Of a stretch of DNA of 64,000 nucleotides, positions 18,102 to 27,753 are shown piece after piece. Source of the stretch: Candidatus Woesearchaeota archaeon (lineage in GTDB: Archaea; Nanobdellota; Nanobdellia; Woesearchaeales; UBA10216); the NCBI GenBank assembly GCA_016192915.1, contig JACPTF010000010.1, positions 48,804-112,803 on the forward strand, read 5' to 3'. The position numbers and the translations under genes are program-made. The notes beneath the pieces were generated by a model. The model was not told the DNA's origin. It saw only the letters and a list, made by a program, of their open reading frames with translations, and searched no databases. Position 1 is the first letter of the stretch, and every line of letters starts with the position of its first letter.

Positions 18102-18290
18102 TTATTGCTGAAAAATCAGCCTGTTGACACTGTGCAATATAAAGCCGATGAGGCCTATGAGGGCAATGCCGATGCCAGAAACCTTGACAACAGTCATAAG
18201 CTCTGCTTTCGTTGGCTTCTTAGTTACAGTCAAAACCCTCTTGCACTCCCACGCAAAACTTTTAAGCTTAGTGAAAACTGCGATAACCAT
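18102..18290 (-). CDS. secE: Protein translocase subunit SecE / Sec61-gamma
   Basis: 62 aa with a single C-terminal TM helix. Located directly upstream of spt5, the conserved secE-nusG arrangement. Confidence 0.6.
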   Translation of the reverse strand: MVIAVFTKLKSFAWECKRVLTVTKKPTKAELMTVVKVSGIGIALIGLIGFILHSVNRLIFQQ

Positions 18291-18469
18291 TTTCGTTGCC
18301 TCTTTAACCCTCTAACTAACCCCGGTTTTTCTTGACTAAAAACAATCTAAAAGTCGCTATATCAGCAAGAATACCTGCCCTTTTTTAAAGCTTGCGGTTT
18401 TCGGGACTGTTAGGTCTTAGGGACTTTTAGCCATCTTTTCACCACTTGTTAAGTTCAGGACTTTATTGT

Positions 18470-18808
18470 TTAAGTGCAACCTTCTTTAAAATAGTATGAT
18501 GTTCTATTGTCTGGGCAATGACACCAAAGGAATTGGGCACAGGTTGGTCGTTCATTTACAACGGCTGTTACGCAATTTTGGTTTTTTGAACAGTCACCAA
18601 TACTTAAATTGCCACACTCTTCTTCTGAACCCTTTTGAATCCAAATCCCGCCAGTTCTTTCGCAAATCTGTTGATATTCCTGATTAGATGACAAATTTTT
18701 GATTATAGTTGAATTATTTGAATAATTATTTTCAACTTTTGTTACCTGATTAGAGCATCCAAAAGTAAGCAATAGGAGAAGTAAGAGCATTACCGTTAAT
18801 TTCTTCAT
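18470..18808 (-). CDS. Small secreted Cys-rich protein (signal peptide / lipobox-like)
   Basis: MKKLTVMLLLLLLLTFGCSN.. leader and 10 Cys. AT-rich gene. Confidence 0.4.
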   Translation of the reverse strand: MKKLTVMLLLLLLLTFGCSNQVTKVENNYSNNSTIIKNLSSNQEYQQICERTGGIWIQKGSEEECGNLSIGDCSKNQNCVTAVVNERPTCAQFLWCHCPDNRTSYYFKEGCT

Positions 18809-18955
18809 TTTAGGGATTAACGCAATTTGTCATATATAATCCTTACTGCCCATTTTGTATTGCTTTGAGCAGGAGGGTTTCCCATCGGTTGCTGCCCCAC
18901 TCCCGAAAGTATTTAATACTACTTCTACTTTTAGTAGTAAAAAATACTACCAAAG

Positions 18956-19240
18956 GTGGTAAAAATGCTGAAAGCCGTGAAAATACCTGAAGAGGCTTAC
19001 AAAGATGCGAAGAGGCTAGGAAAAGTGCTGGAGGAAGAAAAAACTATTGCCGGGATTTACAATGTTACCCTTTCAGCTGCTATTAGTTTCGCTCTAAACC
19101 GAACTCTTGAAGAACTGGAAAAAAAGAGAAGGTTCAGGGCTGCTGCTGGCGGATGGAAGGACGTTGACACAGATAAGATGATAAAAGAGATTTACGAAGG
19201 CAGAAAAACCGGCACAAAATGGGATATAAGCTTTGATTAA
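18956..19240 (+). CDS. Putative VapB-type antitoxin
   Basis: Small ORF immediately upstream of the PIN-domain gene, with a 13-nt gap. Confidence 0.4.
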   Translation: MVKMLKAVKIPEEAYKDAKRLGKVLEEEKTIAGIYNVTLSAAISFALNRTLEELEKKRRFRAAAGGWKDVDTDKMIKEIYEGRKTGTKWDISFD

Positions 19241-19252
19241 GGGTGAGTTCAG

Positions 19253-19639
19253 GTGTACATTGTTGATACAGATGTTTCGATAGAGTATATGAGAGGCAAC
19301 CCTTCGGCCATCGAGTTGCTAGAGTCACTTGATGACCTTCACCTGACAACGATGACCCTTGCCGAACTCTTCTTTGGTGCTTACAATTCCCAAAAAGCGG
19401 CAAAAAACCTGCCTACTTTATTCAATTATGTCCAAAAGTTTAGCAAGCTGACAATGCAGCTTTGGGATGCCATCAGGTTCGGCAAAATCAAGGCAGAACT
19501 AAAAAGGAAAGGCACAATAGTTGGCTATGCTGATATCATAAACGCTTCAATAGCCTTATCCTACGGCTTTACCCTTATAACCCGGAATGTCAAGGATTAT
19601 GAGAGAATAAAGGGGCTAAGAATACTAAAATTGCAGTAA
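19253..19639 (+). CDS. vapC: PIN-domain ribonuclease (VapC toxin)
   Basis: MYIVDTDVSIEY..; conserved acidic residues of the PIN fold; 128 aa. Confidence 0.7.
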   Translation: MYIVDTDVSIEYMRGNPSAIELLESLDDLHLTTMTLAELFFGAYNSQKAAKNLPTLFNYVQKFSKLTMQLWDAIRFGKIKAELKRKGTIVGYADIINASIALSYGFTLITRNVKDYERIKGLRILKLQ

Positions 19640-19641
19640 TA

Positions 19642-20736
19642 TCAATCCACAAACTCTATGCCGAGCTCGGACTCCATCTCCTTCTTTATCTGCGGGATTT
19701 TCCTGTGGCCGAGGATTTGGGCTGACTTGACGCCTGTAACAATAAGCATAGCCCTGACTGTTTTCTGAAGGTCCTCGTAAATCTGCGCGCCCCAGATGAC
19801 CTTGGCGTCCTCGTCAAGCTTCTGGCTCACTGTCTCAACAACCTTCCTTGCCTCTTCCAATGTCATGTCAGGGCCGCCGGAGATGTTTATCAGGGCGCCA
19901 GAGGCTCCAGAAGTGTCAACATCAAGCAAAGGGTTGTTTATTGCCTTTTCAACAGCCTCAACAGCCCTGTTTTCTGAATCAGACTCGCCAACGCCAATCA
20001 GCGCAACACCGCCGCCGCCCATCACAGTGCGAATGTCGGCAAAGTCAAGGTTAATCAGGCCAGGCTTTGTGACCAGCTCAGCTATCCCCTTCACAGCATT
20101 GGTGAGAATCTCATCAGCAACCTTGAATGCAGTCAGCAGAGGAAGGTCTGGGGCCAGTTCAAGGAGCTTGTCGTTCGGAATAACTATCAGTGTGTCAGTT
20201 ATTGATTCGAGCTTTTCCAGGCCGCCAAGGGCGTTGTCATACCTCCTGTTGCCTTCCATAGAGAAAGGCAAGGTAACAACGCCAACAACAAGAGCGCCAA
20301 GCTTTTTCCCAATGTCAGCGACAACAGGGGCAGAGCCTGTGCCTGTGCCCCCACCAAGGCCGCATGTGATAAAAACCATGTCCGCTCCGGTTAAGGCATC
20401 CTTAATGTCATGTTCTGTTTCCCTTGCGGCCTCCTCCCCAATCCTGGGGTCAGAGCCGGCTCCCAAGCCGTGAGTGAGCTCCTTGCCAATCAGAATCTTC
20501 CTGTCGGATGTGGTGTAAAGCAGGTCCTGCGCGTCAGTGTTAACGGCTATTGTTTCAGCGCCAACAACGCCAACCTCAGAAATCCTCGTTATGGTGTTAT
20601 TGCCCGCACCGCCACAGCCTACAACCTTTATCGTGGCCCTATGCTTCGAAAGAAGCTGCTCAAGCTCGGCATCAGCAGTATTGGTCTTGCTCAGTGACCT
20701 TACTGTGTCCTTGGTTGAAAGCACAACACTCCCCAT
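19642..20736 (-). CDS. ftsZ: Cell division GTPase FtsZ
   Basis: GCGGAGNN and tubulin signature [13 protein letters not shown]. Confidence 0.9.
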   Translation of the reverse strand: MGSVVLSTKDTVRSLSKTNTADAELEQLLSKHRATIKVVGCGGAGNNTITRISEVGVVGAETIAVNTDAQDLLYTTSDRKILIGKELTHGLGAGSDPRIGEEAARETEHDIKDALTGADMVFITCGLGGGTGTGSAPVVADIGKKLGALVVGVVTLPFSMEGNRRYDNALGGLEKLESITDTLIVIPNDKLLELAPDLPLLTAFKVADEILTNAVKGIAELVTKPGLINLDFADIRTVMGGGGVALIGVGESDSENRAVEAVEKAINNPLLDVDTSGASGALINISGGPDMTLEEARKVVETVSQKLDEDAKVIWGAQIYEDLQKTVRAMLIVTGVKSAQILGHRKIPQIKKEMESELGIEFVD

Positions 20737-20843
20737 AAAAATCCCCTCTCACAAACTCACAACGAACTGAAGCTATTTTCTCCCGAAAAATACTTCTTCC
20801 ACGCCCCTTACTACTATTTATATTTTGTCGTTCCGTAAAAACA

Positions 20844-21341
20844 ATGCAAAAACGCTTTTTGTTTTATGCAGTGACGAATTTGATGCGAATGACAAATTTT
20901 TTAAGTGACATCGCTTTATCAAAAACTGAAATGACGGGATTAGGATACGACCGGATTGCAGCTGATTACATACGCCCAACCGTTGAGGCTTTTGCAGGAC
21001 AGGTTAAGGGCAAATTAACTGAGGCAGAAGATTATGGACGTCATAGGTTTATAGTTGACTTGCCTTTGCCTCTTACGCCAGGTTGGAATGGAACAATTGA
21101 CGTCATAATTAATCCTCCTGGGTGGCCGAGACCTGTTATATGCATAAGCACTTGGACGCCATACGATCAATCGTACCTTCCACTGAGCCACGACGCTAGA
21201 CTTAAACCAATAGAAATTCCGGTCATGGAACAGTTTGATTTGGGAAAACTCGTTGACGGATTAAACGCAGCAAAGGAATCAGTTTGTCAAATTCCTACTT
21301 TCAACCCTAAAAACTTACTTTCGCTGTTTGGCTTACCCTAG
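20844..21341 (+). CDS. Hypothetical protein (start uncertain; internal Met at 20886 or 20934)
   Basis: ORF only. Confidence 0.3.
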   Translation: MQKRFLFYAVTNLMRMTNFLSDIALSKTEMTGLGYDRIAADYIRPTVEAFAGQVKGKLTEAEDYGRHRFIVDLPLPLTPGWNGTIDVIINPPGWPRPVICISTWTPYDQSYLPLSHDARLKPIEIPVMEQFDLGKLVDGLNAAKESVCQIPTFNPKNLLSLFGLP

Positions 21342-22073
21342 CTTTTTTGTTGATTCAGACGTTTCAGCGCCTGTAACGACACTTGGCTGTTCTTCTTTCT
21401 TTTCAGCATCAGATTTCTTCACGTTGAAAGAAACGCCTTTAAGCTCAGGTATGGCTGACCTGAGCTTATCCACCATGTCCTTCTTTAGCTCCTCAGGAAC
21501 CTCCTGCGGAAACTCAATGGAAGCAGCGCCATCGGCTGTTACAGAAACTTTCACGGCATTAGCGCTTACGCCTATCAGCCTCAGCATGGCATTGACTTTT
21601 TCAGAAAGGTCAGCAATTATTCTCTTAACTGTAACTTCATACTCAATCTCCCTCCCGGAGAGTGGATGGTTAAAGTCAACAATGGTCCTTCCACCGGCAA
21701 CAGTGCGCACTGTGCCAACTATGCCATCTATGTTAACCTGCATGCCCGGGAAAGGCGTCATCTGCTGCTGCCTGAACTTAGCTGTTGAAACAAGCTGAAT
21801 AAGCTTGCCGTTCTTCTTGCCAAAAGCCTCCTCAGCAGGCAGCTTAATCGTGTAGCTCTTGCCAATTTCCTTGCCAACAAGCTGCTTGTCCAGCCCAATC
21901 ACAAGGTGCCTTTTGCCAATGCAGACAACTGCAGGGCCGTAAGCAGTGTGCTCGTCAAAAATCCCGCTTTCCTTAGCGACAGAAGCGGATGTGGTGTCAA
22001 AAACCTCCCCGCCACCAGCAACCCTGCCTGTATAGTCCAGCTCAACAAAGTCGTTTTCCTTTATGACTTCCAT
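21333..22073 (-). CDS. Long-type archaeal FKBP peptidyl-prolyl cis-trans isomerase (FKBP plus IF plus C-terminal domain)
   Basis: MEVIKENDFVELDYTGRVAGGGEVFDTT FKBP core, with an insert-in-flap and C-terminal domain. Confidence 0.75.
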   Translation of the reverse strand: MEVIKENDFVELDYTGRVAGGGEVFDTTSASVAKESGIFDEHTAYGPAVVCIGKRHLVIGLDKQLVGKEIGKSYTIKLPAEEAFGKKNGKLIQLVSTAKFRQQQMTPFPGMQVNIDGIVGTVRTVAGGRTIVDFNHPLSGREIEYEVTVKRIIADLSEKVNAMLRLIGVSANAVKVSVTADGAASIEFPQEVPEELKKDMVDKLRSAIPELKGVSFNVKKSDAEKKEEQPSVVTGAETSESTKKLG

Positions 22074-22097
22074 GAAACAACCGAGAAAACAGGCGGT

Positions 22098-22862
22098 TTA
22101 AAAAAGTTCTTGTTTTGGGTCATAGATGGGCAAGCCAAAGGGATTGCTTATGCCCTTTAAGTTACCCTGCTGTGCCGTCAAGTAACTCTCTACTATTTCT
22201 CTTTCCACAGTCCTTCTGGCATGGGTGCCTACAAGCCCGCCTGCCACGTTCAGCATTCTCCGGTAGCCTGAGAAATTGGCAGCAAGCTCCCTGAAAACCT
22301 TCTGCTCATCTGTCCCGCTTACAACTCTCTGCCTTGATGCCATGTCAAACGCTGCCGAGCCCCACCTATCAAAATAGCTTATGCCAATGCCCTTTTTCCT
22401 CTCATTAGCCAGAAGAATGTCAGGAAAAACTCCAGCCACAAAATAGGCGTACCTTCCGTATTGGCCGAGAACGTTCAAAGCATGGCTCTCTCCCATTACC
22501 TGCGCGTACATGCCGGCTTCCGCAACAGCACTGCCGACAAGCCACAAGCCCCTCCTCCCGTCCTCGCGGACTTCCGGAAAAAGGGATTCAACGCCCAGCT
22601 GCGGAGGAACAGATGCTGCCAGCTCATTGAGTATGCTGATATTAGTCACGCCTCCGCGGGTATAACCAACCGCAATTATGACTGTCTGCATGAGGCTCAT
22701 AAAATCCTGCGGTGTAAATCTCCCAACGCCTTTGGTCTCCTCCAGAACAGCGTCTAAAGTTTCCCGCACTGCTCTTCTTGTTGTTTGTGAATCAGGATAT
22801 TTTTCTATGGAAGTTTTAACATCAGCTAAGGAATTTTCCAGCAGATCAGAACTGTTTCCCAT
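22098..22862 (-). CDS. Hypothetical protein (254 aa)
   Basis: ORF with coding-like composition. Family not recognized by eye. Confidence 0.4.
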   Translation of the reverse strand: MGNSSDLLENSLADVKTSIEKYPDSQTTRRAVRETLDAVLEETKGVGRFTPQDFMSLMQTVIIAVGYTRGGVTNISILNELAASVPPQLGVESLFPEVREDGRRGLWLVGSAVAEAGMYAQVMGESHALNVLGQYGRYAYFVAGVFPDILLANERKKGIGISYFDRWGSAAFDMASRQRVVSGTDEQKVFRELAANFSGYRRMLNVAGGLVGTHARRTVEREIVESYLTAQQGNLKGISNPFGLPIYDPKQELF

Positions 22863-22919
22863 CCAAAAAATAATTGGGAACGGAGTTTAAATCCTTTTTG
22901 TATATACCTGAATGTGGCG

Positions 22920-23486
22920 CTAACACGCCCTGCAAAATTTCTTCACAGCGGTGACAACTTTCTCCACCACCTTTTCAGGGGTTGCCCTTGTGGTGTCAAT
23001 GACAAGGTCGTATTGCTTGGTGCCGTAGGGGTTGAGGTTGTAGTATTTCCTGTAGCGGAGCTCTTCGCTTTTTCTTCTCTTTTTTATCGCTGCCAAAGTA
23101 GCAGCAAGGGTTTTGCTCTCCTTCTCCACCTTCCTTCCCTTCAGCTTCTTCTGCATGTCGCTGAAAATCCTCCTTGCAGCTTCCTTTCCGTCAACCTTGA
23201 GAAACACCTTGAACGAGTTCGGAATGAAGTGGTAGGCAAGCCTTGAGTCCATAACAAAGTCATCCTCGTTTTTCCCCAGCTTCATAGTGCGCTCGTCCAG
23301 TTCCTTGTCGATGCTGCGGTCTTTCTCGGCTATTTTGCTTACCTCAAGCAGTGACATGTGCCGTTTTGCGGCTATTTCCCTCATAAAGTCGCCTGCAGAG
23401 TAGTGCCTGAAGCCAAGCTTCCTTGCAACCAGTTTGGCTACGGTGCTTTTGCCAGAGCCAGGAACGCCTGAGATGGTTATAATCAT
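22920..23486 (-). CDS. cmk: Archaeal-type cytidylate kinase
   Basis: P-loop ISGVPGSGKST. About 180 aa, NMP-kinase-like. Confidence 0.7.
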   Translation of the reverse strand: MIITISGVPGSGKSTVAKLVARKLGFRHYSAGDFMREIAAKRHMSLLEVSKIAEKDRSIDKELDERTMKLGKNEDDFVMDSRLAYHFIPNSFKVFLKVDGKEAARRIFSDMQKKLKGRKVEKESKTLAATLAAIKKRRKSEELRYRKYYNLNPYGTKQYDLVIDTTRATPEKVVEKVVTAVKKFCRAC

Positions 23487-23584
23487 GCATTTAGCTGCGG
23501 TAACTTACTTTTTAAAACTATTCTTTGGCTGGCTTGAACCTTTCAACAACGTTTTTAAATCAGTAAAGGGTTTGTTAAAAAAGA

Positions 23585-23848
23585 ATGTACAAGCTAACAA
23601 CCAGAAGCAAAAGAGCGGAAAGACAGTATTATGATGTTCTTAATTCAAGAGAGGGCATATCAGAGAGATTAGAAAAGCTGATGAAAGACCCAAGAAGAGA
23701 GTTGGATGCACACAAACTAAAGGGGAAGCTTGAAGGCAAGTGGAGCTGCTCACTGGGTGGAGATATTAGACTGCTTTATGAGATTGATGATGTGAATAAA
23801 GAAATAATAGTCGTGGCTGCCGGCTCCCACAAAAAAGTTTATGGCTGA
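23585..23848 (+). CDS. relE: RelE/ParE-family toxin
   Basis: KLKGKLEGKWSCSLGGDIRLLYEIDDVNKEIIVVAAGSHKKVY matches the RelE core. Confidence 0.6.
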   Translation: MYKLTTRSKRAERQYYDVLNSREGISERLEKLMKDPRRELDAHKLKGKLEGKWSCSLGGDIRLLYEIDDVNKEIIVVAAGSHKKVYG

Positions 23849-23998
23849 ACTTTAAGTTCCCAAGTCTTTACGCCCTTCTTCTTAGCTTCGTCGCTCTCCT
23901 TAATCGCGGCCATCATTTCAGGATTCCTGAGTATGCCGACTTCTTCCAAAAGTGCCTCGTACTCCCTTTTTGGGATTTGAATCATTTCCTGTTTCATA
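23840..23998 (-). CDS. Small Phd/YefM-like antitoxin-like ORF (52 aa, below the ORF-track size cutoff), convergent with relE
   Basis: Hand translation of the minus strand gives MKQEMIQIPKREYEALLEEVGILRNPEMMAAIKESDEAKKKG..., which resembles the YefM C-terminal region. Confidence 0.3.
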
Positions 23999-24090
23999 AT
24001 ACTACAATACGTTCACTTCTTTTTAAATATTTCGTCAAAATCCCGTGCTCTTGCCAGAGCCGGGAACTACATTCTGATTTTAAGCAAAGT

Positions 24091-25197
24091 TTAGTTTTGC
24101 CGATGTTGCTGTGCTAGTTCCAGAATTCTTGGGTCAACATACAGCCTTCCTGAGTAGGTTATTGGCATAAGACCCCTTTTATCTGGGTGTGCTGCGGCAA
24201 CTGCTTGGCTCTGCACTGAGGCAGGCTTATCCAGCACAACGATTTTTGCTTGTGAAAGTTCAACGCTTTCAGGTCCCCTCCTTTTTATACCCTCTCTGCC
24301 ATCAGGTAGTGTCTGCTCGTAAGAAAGCTCACCGCTTATCCTTGCGGAATGACCGCTTATCGCTCTTGCAGTTATACTCAGAGGCGGTGTTAGCAAGTTG
24401 TAAGGGAACAACGTAGACCCATTGACATTCCAGCTGTTATCAACACCCGCCCCCAGTACAGCTGGGATTAGCCCAAATTGCCCACTTAAGCGTATGCGTC
24501 TTGCAACCATAACTTTTCGCTTAGCCTCCCCAACCGGACCATACGTTCCAATTGCTACTTCTAAGCCTTCTTTGTTAGTAAGCAACAATTCGCCTTTCAC
24601 AATAGTTCTAGGAGTAGTAAGAGGGTATATGCCATTCAACCTCGGCCTAAAGAATATTAAGGGAATAATAGAGTCTTCAGGTAGGTGCCATACGCGTGAC
24701 AACATTTCCACTCTTTCCACAAAGCCAGGGAACTCTTCAAGCGAGTCAGGCAGCGTGCCCTCTTTAATTTTGTGCTCTATCACACTTTCCAAAGTTTCCC
24801 CTTTAAGTAGTATATCATTTAGTCTACCTTTAGCTGGCCTACGATCAACATGTACACTTATGTTTTTCCTTACGTGCTCCTTAAAGCCGCAAACGCTTAT
24901 TAAACTTACTGAAAAAAAATTTACCGCGAGATCACCGTGAAGCTTTGCATCAAAGCGTATATTTGGTTGTTGATAAACTGCTATGTAGTCAGTGTCATCC
25001 TCAACTGCGCGGTTGTTTATTTCAATAATGGCACCTTTTTGTGGCTCAGCTAGAGTATACCATTCTTGAGTTCCTCCTACAGAAAACTGGAGCGAGGCTT
25101 GTACACTTCTTTGCATAGTAAAGAAAGCATATGTTCCACTTATAATTTCGCACAAGCCTTCACCTTTGACAAGTGGAAGTAGAGGTTCACCAGTCAT
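24091..25197 (-). CDS. Hypothetical protein (368 aa), second gene of a two-gene operon
   Basis: Long ORF 18 nt downstream of 25216..25950. No recognizable motifs. Confidence 0.5.
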   Translation of the reverse strand: MTGEPLLPLVKGEGLCEIISGTYAFFTMQRSVQASLQFSVGGTQEWYTLAEPQKGAIIEINNRAVEDDTDYIAVYQQPNIRFDAKLHGDLAVNFFSVSLISVCGFKEHVRKNISVHVDRRPAKGRLNDILLKGETLESVIEHKIKEGTLPDSLEEFPGFVERVEMLSRVWHLPEDSIIPLIFFRPRLNGIYPLTTPRTIVKGELLLTNKEGLEVAIGTYGPVGEAKRKVMVARRIRLSGQFGLIPAVLGAGVDNSWNVNGSTLFPYNLLTPPLSITARAISGHSARISGELSYEQTLPDGREGIKRRGPESVELSQAKIVVLDKPASVQSQAVAAAHPDKRGLMPITYSGRLYVDPRILELAQQHRQN

Positions 25198-25215
25198 GTG
25201 ATGCCCCTGAAATAA

Positions 25216-25950
25216 CTATCTGCTTTGATGCGCATAAAGCGAGCCGCGTCCTGTCAGGATATCGGGCGCTAATAAATATGACTTTTCCGGACCGCTTTCA
25301 GAATCTGGAGCAGATATTCTAACCCCACCAGCTGTAGTGACTCTCACAGCTGCAACGTCGAAGAAAGCTGTTTTACCATTCAGTATTACAACGTCTGGAG
25401 AGCGTATCTCTTCATAAGTGGGGGTAGCTAAAACTTTCAGCTCTGGCACGACCTTAATTCCCGTAACAGTAAGTGCAACACCATTTAAGTTCTCCGGAAG
25501 CACTAAAGCACTGCTAAAATGCACCCCCAAACGTGCTGACCAGATAGGGTTTTCGTAAATGACATTTGCAGGAGTTCCAAGTTCTACCCACATTTTGTGC
25601 GTTGCTGCAGCAAACACCTTTTCTGCAGTACAAGCTAAATTGTCAATGTAGACTGGCGAAGACTGTTGTAGCTGCAAAGTTACTTGTGACTCGACTAATT
25701 CTTCACCTCCGTATTGAGATTGATTTTGAAATGGTAAATATAGACGTCTTCCTGCCTCGTAATTTGTCACAAACACAAACTGCCCACTAAAAGGTAGTCT
25801 ACCACTCTTCGGCATCGCTTCCTGCAAACGAGTTAGAGAGATAGGGCTCATATTATTGCTTTGAAGAACCTCTTCCAGTGTCCAAGCCCTGCCCCCCGGC
25901 TTTGTTGGCAAAATAACTGTGCTTGTAACTGCGCTTGCTGTATTAACCAT
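25216..25950 (-). CDS. Hypothetical protein (244 aa), first gene of a two-gene operon
   Basis: Long ORF. Beta-rich composition and no recognizable motifs. Confidence 0.5.
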   Translation of the reverse strand: MVNTASAVTSTVILPTKPGGRAWTLEEVLQSNNMSPISLTRLQEAMPKSGRLPFSGQFVFVTNYEAGRRLYLPFQNQSQYGGEELVESQVTLQLQQSSPVYIDNLACTAEKVFAAATHKMWVELGTPANVIYENPIWSARLGVHFSSALVLPENLNGVALTVTGIKVVPELKVLATPTYEEIRSPDVVILNGKTAFFDVAAVRVTTAGGVRISAPDSESGPEKSYLLAPDILTGRGSLYAHQSR

Positions 25951-26022
25951 TTTAACCTAATTTATTCCTTACTGCTATATATTTTTTACCTTTTTCCAAG
26001 GTACTTGTTTTTATGCAGTAGC

Positions 26023-27750
26023 TTAATCCTTCTCCATCAGTATCTCAATGACCTTTGCGTATGCCGGCCTGGTGATGAAGACACCGACGGACATGCCGAT
26101 TATGGTTGTGAGGGCAAAGCCCCTGAGCATGCCGGCTCCTATGGCGAACAGGGGCAGCATGGCAACGAGCAGCGTGAAGTAAGCGCCGAATATGACTGCG
26201 AAAGCCGACTTCAGCTTTTCCTTCCACGAAACAATCCTGCGCTGCTCGCCCCTAAGAGCATCATCAGTAATGACTATCTGGTCATTAACCCCGGTTCCGA
26301 CGGCAGCTATTATGCCGGCTATGGCTGCCAGGTCAATGGTCCAGCTCAGGAATGGAAGCAGCGAGGCAAATCCCAGCATTATGAATATTTCCAACAGGCT
26401 TGTGAACATTATTGGAACAGCAATCTGAAGCTTCCTGTAGGCAAAGGCGAGTATGCCAACCACAAAAAGTATGGCAATGAGCCCGACTTTAATCGCGTTG
26501 CCAAGGAACTTCTCGCCAAGTATTGGCGAAATTGAGTCTGTCCTCACAATCTCAAGCTTTACAGGCAGGGAACCGGTTACGAGTATTGTCTGCAGTCGCC
26601 TCATGCTGCCCTTCTTGCCTGTTGCTGCATCGAGGGCAGACTTCCTGCTCGGGCCTGATCCTGTGCCTGTTATCCTGATAGCCGTAACAGCGTTGCCTTT
26701 GAGGTCCTTGTCTATCTGAAGCTCATCGACAAGCTCATCATCAAGGTAGAGCTGCAGCGGCTGGCTAAGGTGCTGGTCAATGACAGCAAGCTTTGCCGTT
26801 GCGGCTGCCTGCTTCGCAGCAGCCTGCTGGCTTAGCGAGATGGTGAAGTAAAACATGCAAACCCAGTCAGAGGCTGATGACTGTGCGCAGCCGTAGCTTG
26901 GGTCAATGCCTGAGCATGTAGCGCTCCTGCACACATCAGTTATTTCGTTTCCTGTAAAGACAGTTTCGTTAGCTATTTTTGCCTCAAACTTGCCCTGCCT
27001 TGCTATAAGCTGCCTGACATCTGACTCGTCTGCGCCAGCCACTTCCACCATGATGAACTGGTTGTCTGAAAACAGGTCAGAAGCATCCCTCACCGTGACA
27101 TCGCTCAGGCCGAAAAGGTTAAGGCGCTTGTTCATGTTGGCGACAACAATAGCCGTGTCATCCTTTGACAGGCTCTTTTCAGGCTTAAGCAGCACCCTTG
27201 CGCCGCCATGCAAATCGAGACCGAGGCGGAGGTTTGTCTTTTGAACATTAGCAACTTTAAGCCCAAGGTCCTCAACGCCAACAATCTCCCCTTCAGTCCT
27301 ATTGACGAGGATTCTCCTGGTCTCATTCGTTGTTGCATTAACAACTATTTCCTTTTCCACAAGCTCGGGAAGAACCCTTATGATAACCTGAGGCTTGGCA
27401 GTAAGCCTGTAAAATGCCTTGTTAGTTTCAATGCGAATGCTCTGGTTTATTTCAATCCCGGAGACGGAAGCTGCATAGTCATCGATTGTCTTTACATTCT
27501 TGTTGTCTATGGAAACAATTACTTCCTTGGATGCGGATGATGCATCGCTCTCTGCAACCTTTATTCCAGCATCGTAGGCAGCGCTTCCTTTTTCAACCCC
27601 GCGAATGGCAACGCCCTCCCTCCCAAGAGAAAACGGAATGCCTGTTGACAACACCGCTATTAAAACCGCAGCTATTACAATCAAAACCCTGGGGTTTGTG
27701 ATTATCCTCCTGAACTTGCTTTTGGCAGACATTTTTTTTGCACCGCTCAA
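26023..27750 (-). CDS. secD: Protein-export membrane protein SecD
   Basis: N-terminal TM, large periplasmic-type domain, C-terminal 5-TM block, adjacent to secF. Confidence 0.8.
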   Translation of the reverse strand: MSGAKKMSAKSKFRRIITNPRVLIVIAAVLIAVLSTGIPFSLGREGVAIRGVEKGSAAYDAGIKVAESDASSASKEVIVSIDNKNVKTIDDYAASVSGIEINQSIRIETNKAFYRLTAKPQVIIRVLPELVEKEIVVNATTNETRRILVNRTEGEIVGVEDLGLKVANVQKTNLRLGLDLHGGARVLLKPEKSLSKDDTAIVVANMNKRLNLFGLSDVTVRDASDLFSDNQFIMVEVAGADESDVRQLIARQGKFEAKIANETVFTGNEITDVCRSATCSGIDPSYGCAQSSASDWVCMFYFTISLSQQAAAKQAAATAKLAVIDQHLSQPLQLYLDDELVDELQIDKDLKGNAVTAIRITGTGSGPSRKSALDAATGKKGSMRRLQTILVTGSLPVKLEIVRTDSISPILGEKFLGNAIKVGLIAILFVVGILAFAYRKLQIAVPIMFTSLLEIFIMLGFASLLPFLSWTIDLAAIAGIIAAVGTGVNDQIVITDDALRGEQRRIVSWKEKLKSAFAVIFGAYFTLLVAMLPLFAIGAGMLRGFALTTIIGMSVGVFITRPAYAKVIEILMEKD

Positions 27751-27753
27751 GCT

